13,224 nucleotides of DNA, taken from NCBI GenBank assembly GCA_040753215.1, contig JBFMEZ010000006.1:1-13224 (forward strand), in the 5' to 3' direction. The notes under the pieces are model-generated. The model made no database searches and was not told where the DNA came from. It saw only the letters and a list, made by a program, of their open reading frames with translations. A program made the translations under genes and the position numbers. Shown one piece after another: positions 1-6,870 of this stretch; position 1 is the stretch's first letter; each line of letters begins with the position of its first letter. The DNA comes from Candidatus Micrarchaeota archaeon. Its GTDB lineage: Archaea; Micrarchaeota; Micrarchaeia; Anstonellales; Bilamarchaeaceae.

Positions 1-134
1 ACGAACCTTCCCGGCTTTTTCTGCACCTGCACGGCATGCTTTTTCGAAATTTGGTTGTTTTTTGAAGTCTTGTCCACGAGCAGGCCGCAGAACGATCAAT
101 TTTTATTCACTTGCGGATTTACTGAGCAGCCGGG

Positions 135-1148
135 CTATTCTTCAATCTGCATCGCAATGAAACTGGAGAGATTCCCTTCGCTCTGGACTACCGCCTTGTA
201 TCTCGCAAGGCCCCCGGATTCTGTCGGAAACGTAACCTCAAAGCCCGTTTCCGTAGCGGTTACGGCAGGGCTGCCTGAGAGCTGCTCTCCGGTGCTGAAC
301 GGGCTGGAGTTGAGCTGCGAATCAAACGCGGTTATGCAGTTCTCCGCAGGCCTGACCACGAAAAGCAGCCCGCGCTCAAAGAAAAGCCGCGTGCCTGGCT
401 CGGGCGCGCCTACGTCCGTCCTCAGAAAGTTCCCCTCAACGTCTACAGGGCTTATCCGGAGGGCGCCGCCGCGGTTGAGGAAAGCGAAGCCGGAACCGCT
501 TGCGGCGTAAGTAAAAAGGTTCTCCCCCTGCGAATCCTCGGGAAGAAAGAAATGGAACGAGTTGGAAGGGAGCTGCGCGCTTTCGCCGTTCCTCTCAACC
601 GTAAGCGGCGCCTCCTCACCGCCCTGCAGCACCGAAGAAAGGCCGGGAGCGACCACCACGCATTTTTCAAATATAAGGAATGCATACCTGGAATCGCGGT
701 CTGAGATTATATCCTTTGGCTGGCCGGCCCTCCAGGTGGTCGGCGCATCCACGTAAATGGCCTTGCGGATGCCGTCCTGCGTTTCAAACACGACTTCAAT
801 TCTCGCAAATGTCCTGTCACGTTCCGCCGCGGTTCTAGGCAGAGGGTTTGAAACGAGGGAGATGCTCGTGGTCAGGTCCCCGCTGGCGGAACTTATGCGC
901 GGCCCGTGCGTGAAGATTATTTCGCGCCCTTCGCGCGGCGTACCAGGCCGCTCCGCAACTCGCTTTGCAGCAGGGATTGCCTCCCTCTTTTCTTCCCGCG
1001 CCGGCCAGGCGGGTGCAGCCGCAGAGGGCTTCGCATGCGCAAGGGAGACGGCTGCTGCCGCAGCCGCCAGGGGGGCAACTGCCCTAGGCATGCGCCTTAC
1101 AGTGCCTGTTTTTTGCCTAGATTCCTGCTCAAGCCTGCTCTGGTTCAT
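135..1148 (-). CDS. Hypothetical exported beta-rich protein (~337 aa), paralog of 1415..2314
   Basis: Track ORF 135..1172; start moved to ATG 1148, which is preceded by GAGGAGTGAG and lies 1 nt after the stop of ORF 1150..1266. Long charged n-region, Ala-rich h-region (AVAPLAAAAAAVSL), AHA|K cleavage-like site, Pro/Ala linker, then short beta-strand pattern. Confidence 0.85.
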   Translation of the reverse strand: MNQSRLEQESRQKTGTVRRMPRAVAPLAAAAAAVSLAHAKPSAAAPAWPAREEKREAIPAAKRVAERPGTPREGREIIFTHGPRISSASGDLTTSISLVSNPLPRTAAERDRTFARIEVVFETQDGIRKAIYVDAPTTWRAGQPKDIISDRDSRYAFLIFEKCVVVAPGLSSVLQGGEEAPLTVERNGESAQLPSNSFHFFLPEDSQGENLFTYAASGSGFAFLNRGGALRISPVDVEGNFLRTDVGAPEPGTRLFFERGLLFVVRPAENCITAFDSQLNSSPFSTGEQLSGSPAVTATETGFEVTFPTESGGLARYKAVVQSEGNLSSFIAMQIEE

Positions 1149-1149
1149 C

Positions 1150-1266
1150 TCACTCCTCTTTCTTCTTCTCAACCTTCACCGGGACGCTCCTGAGGACCTC
1201 ATTTATCCTGTGCAGCTCCTCCGCATCCTTCCGCAGTTCCTGCGGGGAGAGCTTCTTCTTTTCCAT
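1150..1266 (-). CDS. Small charged protein, 38 aa (MEKKKLSPQELRKDAEELHRINEVLRSVPVKVEKKKEE)
   Basis: Translated by hand. ATG 1266 lies 4 nt after the upstream TGA with AGTG-N5-ATG spacing. Its TGA is 1 nt before the next ATG. Shares a motif with 1271..1405. Confidence 0.7.
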   Translation of the reverse strand: MEKKKLSPQELRKDAEELHRINEVLRSVPVKVEKKKEE

Positions 1267-1270
1267 GTGC

Positions 1271-1405
1271 TCACTTCTGCGCGAGCTTCCGCTTCTCCTC
1301 AAGCGCCTTCTCGGTGAGCACGGGCGTGGAGCTCATTATCTCCTTTGCCCTCTCCGGGGAGATCTCCTCCCGCGCCGGCTTCATCTTCATCTCTTCCCTT
1401 GCCAT
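1271..1405 (-). CDS. Small charged protein, 44 aa (MAREEMKMKPAREEISPERAKEIMSSTPVLTEKALEEKRKLAQK)
   Basis: Translated by hand. GAGGTG-N5-ATG site overlaps the stop of 1415..2314. With 1150..1266 it tiles the gap between the two larger genes. Confidence 0.75.
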   Translation of the reverse strand: MAREEMKMKPAREEISPERAKEIMSSTPVLTEKALEEKRKLAQK

Positions 1406-1414
1406 CCGCCCACC

Positions 1415-2314
1415 TCATGGGGTTGAAACAACCACCGAATCCAGATTCCCTTCCTCAGCCCGGATATTTATTGCTTTCTCCCCGTCCGGGGTGTTAAAGA
1501 CTGCGCGGATGCCCTCTTCCGTATCTTCCACGCGGAGGAGCGAGCGCAGCTCCACCCCTTCCGGCGCATCGAATGCCTGGTTCTCCAGCCGCCCATTTGT
1601 GAATGCAACCGTGGAAACCGGGACTGCGCCGGGCTGGATGAAAAAGAGCATGCCCATCGCCTCAACGCGGGCGCTGGAGGAATTTGCGCCATCCACCTCC
1701 AGTTCCTGGAACCTCGTGCTGAAATTCCCAAGCGGGAGCGCAAACAGGGAATTGTTGCCGTGTAAAAGGAAGAGCGCGCCCAACGAGACGAATGATTCCT
1801 TTGGAATGCCCGCATCATGCGGCATCTCCAGGCCGTATGCGCTGAAGAACGCCTCCTGCCCGTCATCGCGCACGAGGTTCCTCCTCCCCTCCGCAACGTC
1901 CCTCGCCCCAAGCGTTACAGTGGCGTAATTCTCCGAAATTATAATCGTCCTGTATTCCCCGCAGATAGTTGCATAAATCCTTCCGAGCATGCTGAGCGGA
2001 AGCACATCCGGCTCTGCGGTTTCCGTTGTCCCGTCCGGCTTTTCAAATATAAGTCGCAGCCGGTTATTCTCAAATGAGCAGGTGAATGTTCCGCCTTCGT
2101 AAGGGATGGATTGCGGAGCGGGGAGGGGAGCGGCATTCTGCGGGTTGTTTTGCGGAGGCCTGGGGGGAGATTGCCGGACCGCCCTTGCATCCGCATTTGA
2201 TGGAATCGCAAGAAGCGGCGGGGCAAGAAGAAGCGCAAATCTGGGATTATGTATTGGCGCATGTCTGTTTGTGGGTTTCAGTCCCGACGTTTTCCCTGGG
2301 GAAGGTTTTTCCAT
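1415..2314 (-). CDS. Hypothetical exported beta-rich protein (299 aa), paralog of 135..1148
   Basis: Long ORF starting 10 nt after the upstream stop. Basic n-region, hydrophobic FALLLAPPLLAI, ADA|R site, Pro/Gln linker. Blocks GMLFFIQP, TEEGIRAVFNT and EGNLDS match the paralog. Confidence 0.85.
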   Translation of the reverse strand: MEKPSPGKTSGLKPTNRHAPIHNPRFALLLAPPLLAIPSNADARAVRQSPPRPPQNNPQNAAPLPAPQSIPYEGGTFTCSFENNRLRLIFEKPDGTTETAEPDVLPLSMLGRIYATICGEYRTIIISENYATVTLGARDVAEGRRNLVRDDGQEAFFSAYGLEMPHDAGIPKESFVSLGALFLLHGNNSLFALPLGNFSTRFQELEVDGANSSSARVEAMGMLFFIQPGAVPVSTVAFTNGRLENQAFDAPEGVELRSLLRVEDTEEGIRAVFNTPDGEKAINIRAEEGNLDSVVVSTP

Positions 2315-2324
2315 CGGACCGGCC

Positions 2325-2831
2325 TCAGCCCTGCGTTGTTTCCCTGACGCGCCTCAGGAACTCCGTGGTGGAAATCCGTGTGCCGTCAGCCTCCCATACT
2401 CCGGCTATCTTGTCCCTGTTTGCCACGAATTCCTCATAAGTTCCGGGAAGAGTCTCACCCCTGAAGCGGACCGAGTATTTGTCGCTGCCAAGCCAGAAGG
2501 TTAATAGTGCCGCCTCCTGCCTCTCCTCCGCAACCCTCCTGGGCCTCGCGGCGAGGATGCTCTCTGCAGGCATCTCCACCCTCTCGAACCCTATGTGCTT
2601 CTGGAAAAGCTCATTCTTAAGAAAATCAGATGACCTGTATGCCCACCGTGTCCCGTCTTCCCTCACCAGCTCGACAGTAAGCTTCCTTGTGCCGGCATAA
2701 TCCTGCACGAAATCAAAGAGCTGGTCCCTCGTCATCTTGTTAAGGTCAATGCCAAGGGCGGTAAACTCGTACGTCCTCCCATCAATCCCCTCAATCCTTC
2801 TCCTGTAGCGCATCGCTTCGGCTTCGACCAT
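2325..2831 (-). CDS. Hypothetical protein (168 aa) with a domain shared with the giant protein
   Basis: AGGTG-N5-ATG, upstream TATA-like box, residues ~9-82 align with the segment encoded at 11613..11855. Confidence 0.88.
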   Translation of the reverse strand: MVEAEAMRYRRRIEGIDGRTYEFTALGIDLNKMTRDQLFDFVQDYAGTRKLTVELVREDGTRWAYRSSDFLKNELFQKHIGFERVEMPAESILAARPRRVAEERQEAALLTFWLGSDKYSVRFRGETLPGTYEEFVANRDKIAGVWEADGTRISTTEFLRRVRETTQG

Positions 2832-2860
2832 GCTTACACCTATTTATTTACATTCTTAAT

Positions 2861-2876
2861 GTTTAAATATCTTCCT
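2861..2876 (-). promoter_or_regulatory. Putative BRE/TATA promoter for the 2831->135 gene run
   Basis: Minus strand reads AGGAAGATATTTAAAC. TTTAAA (2862..2867) lies 31-36 nt before ATG 2831, in an AT-rich spacer. Confidence 0.6.
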
Positions 2877-2880
2877 AACA

Positions 2881-2891
2881 TAGAAAAACAC
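2881..2891 (-). terminator. Possible oligo-T terminator after 2909..3523
   Basis: Minus strand GTGTTTTTCTA about 20 nt after the stop at 2909. Confidence 0.3.
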
Positions 2892-2908
2892 TATTCCTCG
2901 CATCTGTC

Positions 2909-3523
2909 TCACGCGCGCCGCGCCAGCTCTCCGATCTCTGACATGGTCGCCTCATCAATCCTGACCGAACGGCCCCTCATCCTGATTTCGGTTATGCTGG
3001 CCAGGTATTTGTCGAGGAACTTTGAGAAATCGTTCTCGAAAAGGACGAACGCCTCGCCGGCGGGCCTGAACCTGATGCTGTCTATGTCCGCCTGCAGCCG
3101 CTCCCTCTCTTCCCTGCCCATGCCGGAGAGGTCCATAGTGATGCGCACCGGGGTTCCCGCATAAGAGACCGGGAAGCTCCTGGTTTGTTCCCTCCGCTCT
3201 TCCTCCGCCTCCCTCTGGAAAGGCGGCTTTACCTCGACGTCTTCCTGCGCCGCTACCTCCTTCGCAATCAGGTCCTGCTCGCTGCGCGCAGAATAGAGGT
3301 TATTTTTATCCAGGTTTATGAACCTGACCCTGTCCCGGTCGTGCCTGTTGTCGTAAATATACTTTACATAGGCGTCCATGCCGCTGAACGACTCCAGGGG
3401 CTTGTCCGTGGCGACGTACACAGAGCCCCTGCCGGGTATGGAATAAGACGTGTAAGAAAGCGTCATGCCTCTCTTCTGTGCCTCTTCCGCCTGGTCCCTC
3501 TCAGCCTGCCTTTCCTGCCTCAT
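2909..3523 (-). CDS. Hypothetical charged protein (204 aa), possible distant paralog of 2325..2831
   Basis: Long ORF, GGTG-N5-ATG, divergent from the beta-CASP gene; no signal peptide or TM segment. Confidence 0.85.
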   Translation of the reverse strand: MRQERQAERDQAEEAQKRGMTLSYTSYSIPGRGSVYVATDKPLESFSGMDAYVKYIYDNRHDRDRVRFINLDKNNLYSARSEQDLIAKEVAAQEDVEVKPPFQREAEEERREQTRSFPVSYAGTPVRITMDLSGMGREERERLQADIDSIRFRPAGEAFVLFENDFSKFLDKYLASITEIRMRGRSVRIDEATMSEIGELARRA

Positions 3524-3550
3524 GTTAGCACCGGTAATATTGCGCTAAGC

Positions 3551-3572
3551 ACCATTATATACGTTTCTCCCG
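3551..3572. promoter_or_regulatory. Putative shared TATA box in the 59-bp divergent spacer
   Basis: TTATATA at 3555..3561 is 22-28 nt before ATG 3583 (+). The minus strand reads GGGAGAAACGTATATAAT, with the TATA 31-38 nt before ATG 3523. Confidence 0.55.
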
Positions 3573-3582
3573 AACTTACCCC

Positions 3583-4890
3583 ATGGAGATTTACGCTTAT
3601 GGAGGGGCAAGGGAGGTGGGAAGGAACTGCTTCATGCTCCACGAGAAGGGGAAGTACCTCATGCTCGACTGCGGGGTAAAATTGGGCGAGCAGACCGAGT
3701 ATCCGGAGATACCGGACGGGATGAGGCAGCACATCCACGATATCGTTGTGACGCACGCGCACCTGGACCATTCGGGGTACCTGCCGCACATCTTCAGGGA
3801 CGGGCTGAGGCCGCACATCCATGCGACCAAGCCCACAAGGGACCTGATTGCGGTCCTGCTGGCGGACTATGCGCGGCTGGGGAAGGGCGTGCGCAGGGGG
3901 GAGGAGGCGTTCACGCAGGGTGATGTGGACCGCGCGATAAGGAATTTCCGCCTCCACGAGTTCGGCCAGGAGTTCCATTCCGGGCACGGGTACAGGGTGA
4001 GGCTGCTCAATGCGGGGCACATCCTGGGGAGCGCGATGGCGCTCGTGGAAGGGGAGAAGAGATTGCTCTATACGGGGGACATTTCGGTGCGCGGGACTAA
4101 ACTGCTGGACGGCTGCGTGCGGGACGTGCACTGCGACACGCTCATTATAGAGAGCACATACGGAAACGAGGAGCTGCCGTCCGTGAAGGAGACGATGAAG
4201 AAGCTGGTGCATGAGATAAAGGAGACGATGAAGGAGGGCGGGCACGTGCTGATTCCTTCCTTTGCGGTGGGGAGGGGGCAGGAGATTTTGCTGCTGCTGG
4301 AGTCCTACATGAAATCAGGGGCGCTCCCGGAAACAAAAGTTTATGTCGAGGGGATGATAGGGACGGGGATGAAAATCACGCGGCAGAACCTCGGGTATGC
4401 GAAGGATGAGATAAAGAACAGGATACTGATGAGCGAGGACGACCCTTTCAAAAGCCCCTATTTCCACACCCCCCGGAGAAAGGACAAGAGCGATGTGTTT
4501 GAGGAGCCGTCGATAATTGTGAGCACCTCTGGGATGCTTACGGGCGGCCCTGCGCTCGGGTACGTGCAGAGGATGGCGCACAATCCGAAAAACAAGATAA
4601 TATTCATGGGCTACCAGGCGGAGGGGACGCGCGGCAGGAAAATCCTGGACGGGGAGAAGGAAGTGGAGATAGACCGCGAGATGGTGAGGATGAGGATGAA
4701 GGTGAGGGAGATAAGGATTTCCGGCCACTCGGGGAAGAGCGAGCTGATACAGTTTGTTAAGGGGATAAAAGGGCTGAAGAAAGTCATTCTCATACACGGG
4801 GAAGAGGATGCGCTGAATTCGATGAGGGAAAGTTTGGAAAGGAGCTATGAAGTGATTGTGCCTTCAATAGGGGAAGAGATAAGAATATAG
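3583..4890 (+). CDS. Beta-CASP metallo-beta-lactamase ribonuclease, archaeal CPSF73-like, no KH domains (aCPSF1b/aCPSF2 type)
   Basis: GGAREVGRNC, LDCG, THAHLDH (HxHxDH), AGHILGS, YTGD, ESTYG, PSFAVGRGQE, SGMLTGG, GYQAEGT.GR, SGH, IHGE. His at motif C is typical of RNA-acting members. 435 aa, starting directly at the MBL fold. Confidence 0.96.
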   Translation: MEIYAYGGAREVGRNCFMLHEKGKYLMLDCGVKLGEQTEYPEIPDGMRQHIHDIVVTHAHLDHSGYLPHIFRDGLRPHIHATKPTRDLIAVLLADYARLGKGVRRGEEAFTQGDVDRAIRNFRLHEFGQEFHSGHGYRVRLLNAGHILGSAMALVEGEKRLLYTGDISVRGTKLLDGCVRDVHCDTLIIESTYGNEELPSVKETMKKLVHEIKETMKEGGHVLIPSFAVGRGQEILLLLESYMKSGALPETKVYVEGMIGTGMKITRQNLGYAKDEIKNRILMSEDDPFKSPYFHTPRRKDKSDVFEEPSIIVSTSGMLTGGPALGYVQRMAHNPKNKIIFMGYQAEGTRGRKILDGEKEVEIDREMVRMRMKVREIRISGHSGKSELIQFVKGIKGLKKVILIHGEEDALNSMRESLERSYEVIVPSIGEEIRI

Positions 4891-4903
4891 AAACAAGAAA
4901 GGA

Positions 4904-6862
4904 CTATACGAATTCTTCGCATGGTATGGAAGGCACGACCACGTCAGCGCTGCAGGTGGCGTTCCCTTCCGCAAACGGGACCTCTGCACTTATGCGCGCA
5001 TAGCCGGGGCTGGAATCCTCGCCGAGCACGACCCAGCCGTTGAGGTCGTTCCCTCCGGATTCGGAGCGCACTATCGTCACGTTGCCGCCGGGGTCTGTGG
5101 AGAAATCCCAGTCAACGCCGAAGCACGTGCCGTCCGGCGTGCCGGGGCACCTTATTCCGACCTCGTGGCGCTCGCCGGGGGTTCCGGTCTGTGTGGACGG
5201 GGAAAGTGCGCAGCCAAGCGTCTCATTCACCTCAGTGATGTTTATTTCCGGGGGCAGGCAGCGTATCCACCTCTCCTCGAGGTTGTCTTCCTCCTGCGGG
5301 CACATTATGAGCGGGTTGGCGCATTCCTGCGTGGTGTAGCCACAGTCGGCGACCACGAGCACCGTGAACGTCTGGTTCATTTCCGGGGTGCAAAGGAAAT
5401 CAAGGCGGCCATGGGACTGCTCCTCGCCCGGCGCAAGCGCAGAATATGCGTAGCGGAAGGATGCCGTGCTGTTCCATTCCGGGATGAACCCGCCGCTCGG
5501 GACCCAGGTGCCAACCTCCACGCATGTTTCTCCGGGGTTGCTCGTGTTCATCCCCCTGTTCCACGTTATTATTGTAAGGCCCGGCTGTTCCCCGGAGGGC
5601 ACATAAAGGGTGGGCACGTTCGGGTTGAACCGCGGGACGAGGTTGGGAAGCTCGCCCGTGGGTATTTCCGGTGCGCATGGGGCGTCAAAAGGCACATTGT
5701 AGGCGGGCACGCTTCCCGACAGCGGCGTTGCCGTGCATCCGGGGCAGGTGCCGCCCGCCGTGAATGTGAGCTGGGTTGGCGGATTCACGCACGGGTCGTA
5801 TTCGGGTGCGAAGAGCGTCCCTGTTATGCGGGCGCTGCTCCCGGGGTTCACGACCACCGGCGTGGCGGGCCTGGTGAACCTGAACCCGCCGCTTACGGCA
5901 ATTGTGCCTACCGTGAAGGGCTGGCAGAGCGGGTCAGATGCAGGGCACGGGTTCCTCACCGTTATTGAAACCGCCTGCGAGCCGCCCGGGGAAACGTTGA
6001 GCGGGGAGGGGGTTACGCCCACGAATTCAGCGCCGCAGCGGAGGTCTGAGTCGCTTACCACCCGTATGGAAGTGGTAAGCGGGCCGACCGTGCCGGAGTA
6101 TTCGGGGGCCCTTGTGCCGGGCTGCGCCTCGGTCCTGCTGTAAACCTCTTCCCTTCCAACGTAGCCGGGAATGGCCGGGCAGTCGGGGTGCCTGAGTATG
6201 TCCAGGCAGCCGTCAATATCCATCTGCCCGGAGAAAACGTAGGTTCCGCGCGTGTAGGAATCGGTGCGGGTTGAAGCGCTGCCATCAATAATCCTCTCCG
6301 AAGGAAGGCCCGGGCCCGCCCTGAGCGCTGTTGTCCCCTTGCAAACGACATTTGCCCTGGAATCGCTGTTGCGGAACCATGTGCCGGTCCTCACATAATC
6401 GGCCGGCTGGAGTACGAGGGACCCTTCCCTGCCCCAGCAGGATTCGTCTTCCGTGCACCTGTCCTCGCCCACAAAAGTATCGTATATGGAATTGCTCCAT
6501 GTTATGTCCACGTTGCCCTGCACCCCCCGCGTATTCGCCGGAGGGTCGCACTGGTAATAGTCCGCGCTCTGCTCGAGGTTTCTTCCGCGCGCCCATATCC
6601 CGTCCGGTGTGAGCCGCGCGGTTATTGAGCCCTCGCACACAAACGCGTCCTCCTGAAGGTCCGTTGCGGGCCCGCCGGAGAGCACCCTTGCGGTGGTTGA
6701 GAGCTGCAGCGTTTCCGTGAATTCCATGTACGGGCGCACATTCAGGTAGTCAAGGAAACCGGGCGTGTTTATGGCGTAGAGGCGGTCGTCGTACCTAAGC
6801 GTATCGGTTTCTGCCGCAAACGAAACCATCGCCAAGAGGAGCAGGAGTAATGCTTTTTTCAT
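4904..6862 (-). CDS. Secreted Cys-rich surface protein (652 aa) with Ig-like and CARDB-like domains
   Basis: Classical signal peptide MKKALLLLLLAMVSFA. About 25 Cys by hand count. CARDB-like pattern LPNL..NRG..ALAPGE..VVAD..EEDN (~5260..5650). Ig-like VTPSPLNVSPGGSQAVSITVRN..VVVNPGSSARI. TAGGTG-N5-ATG. Confidence 0.88.
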   Translation of the reverse strand: MKKALLLLLLAMVSFAAETDTLRYDDRLYAINTPGFLDYLNVRPYMEFTETLQLSTTARVLSGGPATDLQEDAFVCEGSITARLTPDGIWARGRNLEQSADYYQCDPPANTRGVQGNVDITWSNSIYDTFVGEDRCTEDESCWGREGSLVLQPADYVRTGTWFRNSDSRANVVCKGTTALRAGPGLPSERIIDGSASTRTDSYTRGTYVFSGQMDIDGCLDILRHPDCPAIPGYVGREEVYSRTEAQPGTRAPEYSGTVGPLTTSIRVVSDSDLRCGAEFVGVTPSPLNVSPGGSQAVSITVRNPCPASDPLCQPFTVGTIAVSGGFRFTRPATPVVVNPGSSARITGTLFAPEYDPCVNPPTQLTFTAGGTCPGCTATPLSGSVPAYNVPFDAPCAPEIPTGELPNLVPRFNPNVPTLYVPSGEQPGLTIITWNRGMNTSNPGETCVEVGTWVPSGGFIPEWNSTASFRYAYSALAPGEEQSHGRLDFLCTPEMNQTFTVLVVADCGYTTQECANPLIMCPQEEDNLEERWIRCLPPEINITEVNETLGCALSPSTQTGTPGERHEVGIRCPGTPDGTCFGVDWDFSTDPGGNVTIVRSESGGNDLNGWVVLGEDSSPGYARISAEVPFAEGNATCSADVVVPSIPCEEFV

Positions 6863-6870
6863 ATGCCCAC

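Noticed and set aside
1..134. T-tracts on + and short open frames on - at the left edge
   Set aside because: Could be terminators of an unseen + gene or the start of a - gene; too little sequence to decide.
1149..1172. Track start at 1172 for the first gene
   Set aside because: TTG start inside the 38-aa ORF; ATG 1148 has a better ribosome-binding context.
1231..1245. Hairpin CCGCAG-TTC-CTGCGG
   Set aside because: 6-bp stem in GC-rich coding sequence; likely chance.
4186..4233. 15-bp direct repeat AAGGAGACGATGAAG (4186..4200, 4219..4233)
   Set aside because: Two in-frame copies encoding KETMK inside the RNase; not a CRISPR array or target-site duplication.
3583..4890. Calling the gene fttA/aCPSF1 or RNase J
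   Set aside because: No N-terminal KH region, and the motifs are CPSF-type rather than RNase J-type.
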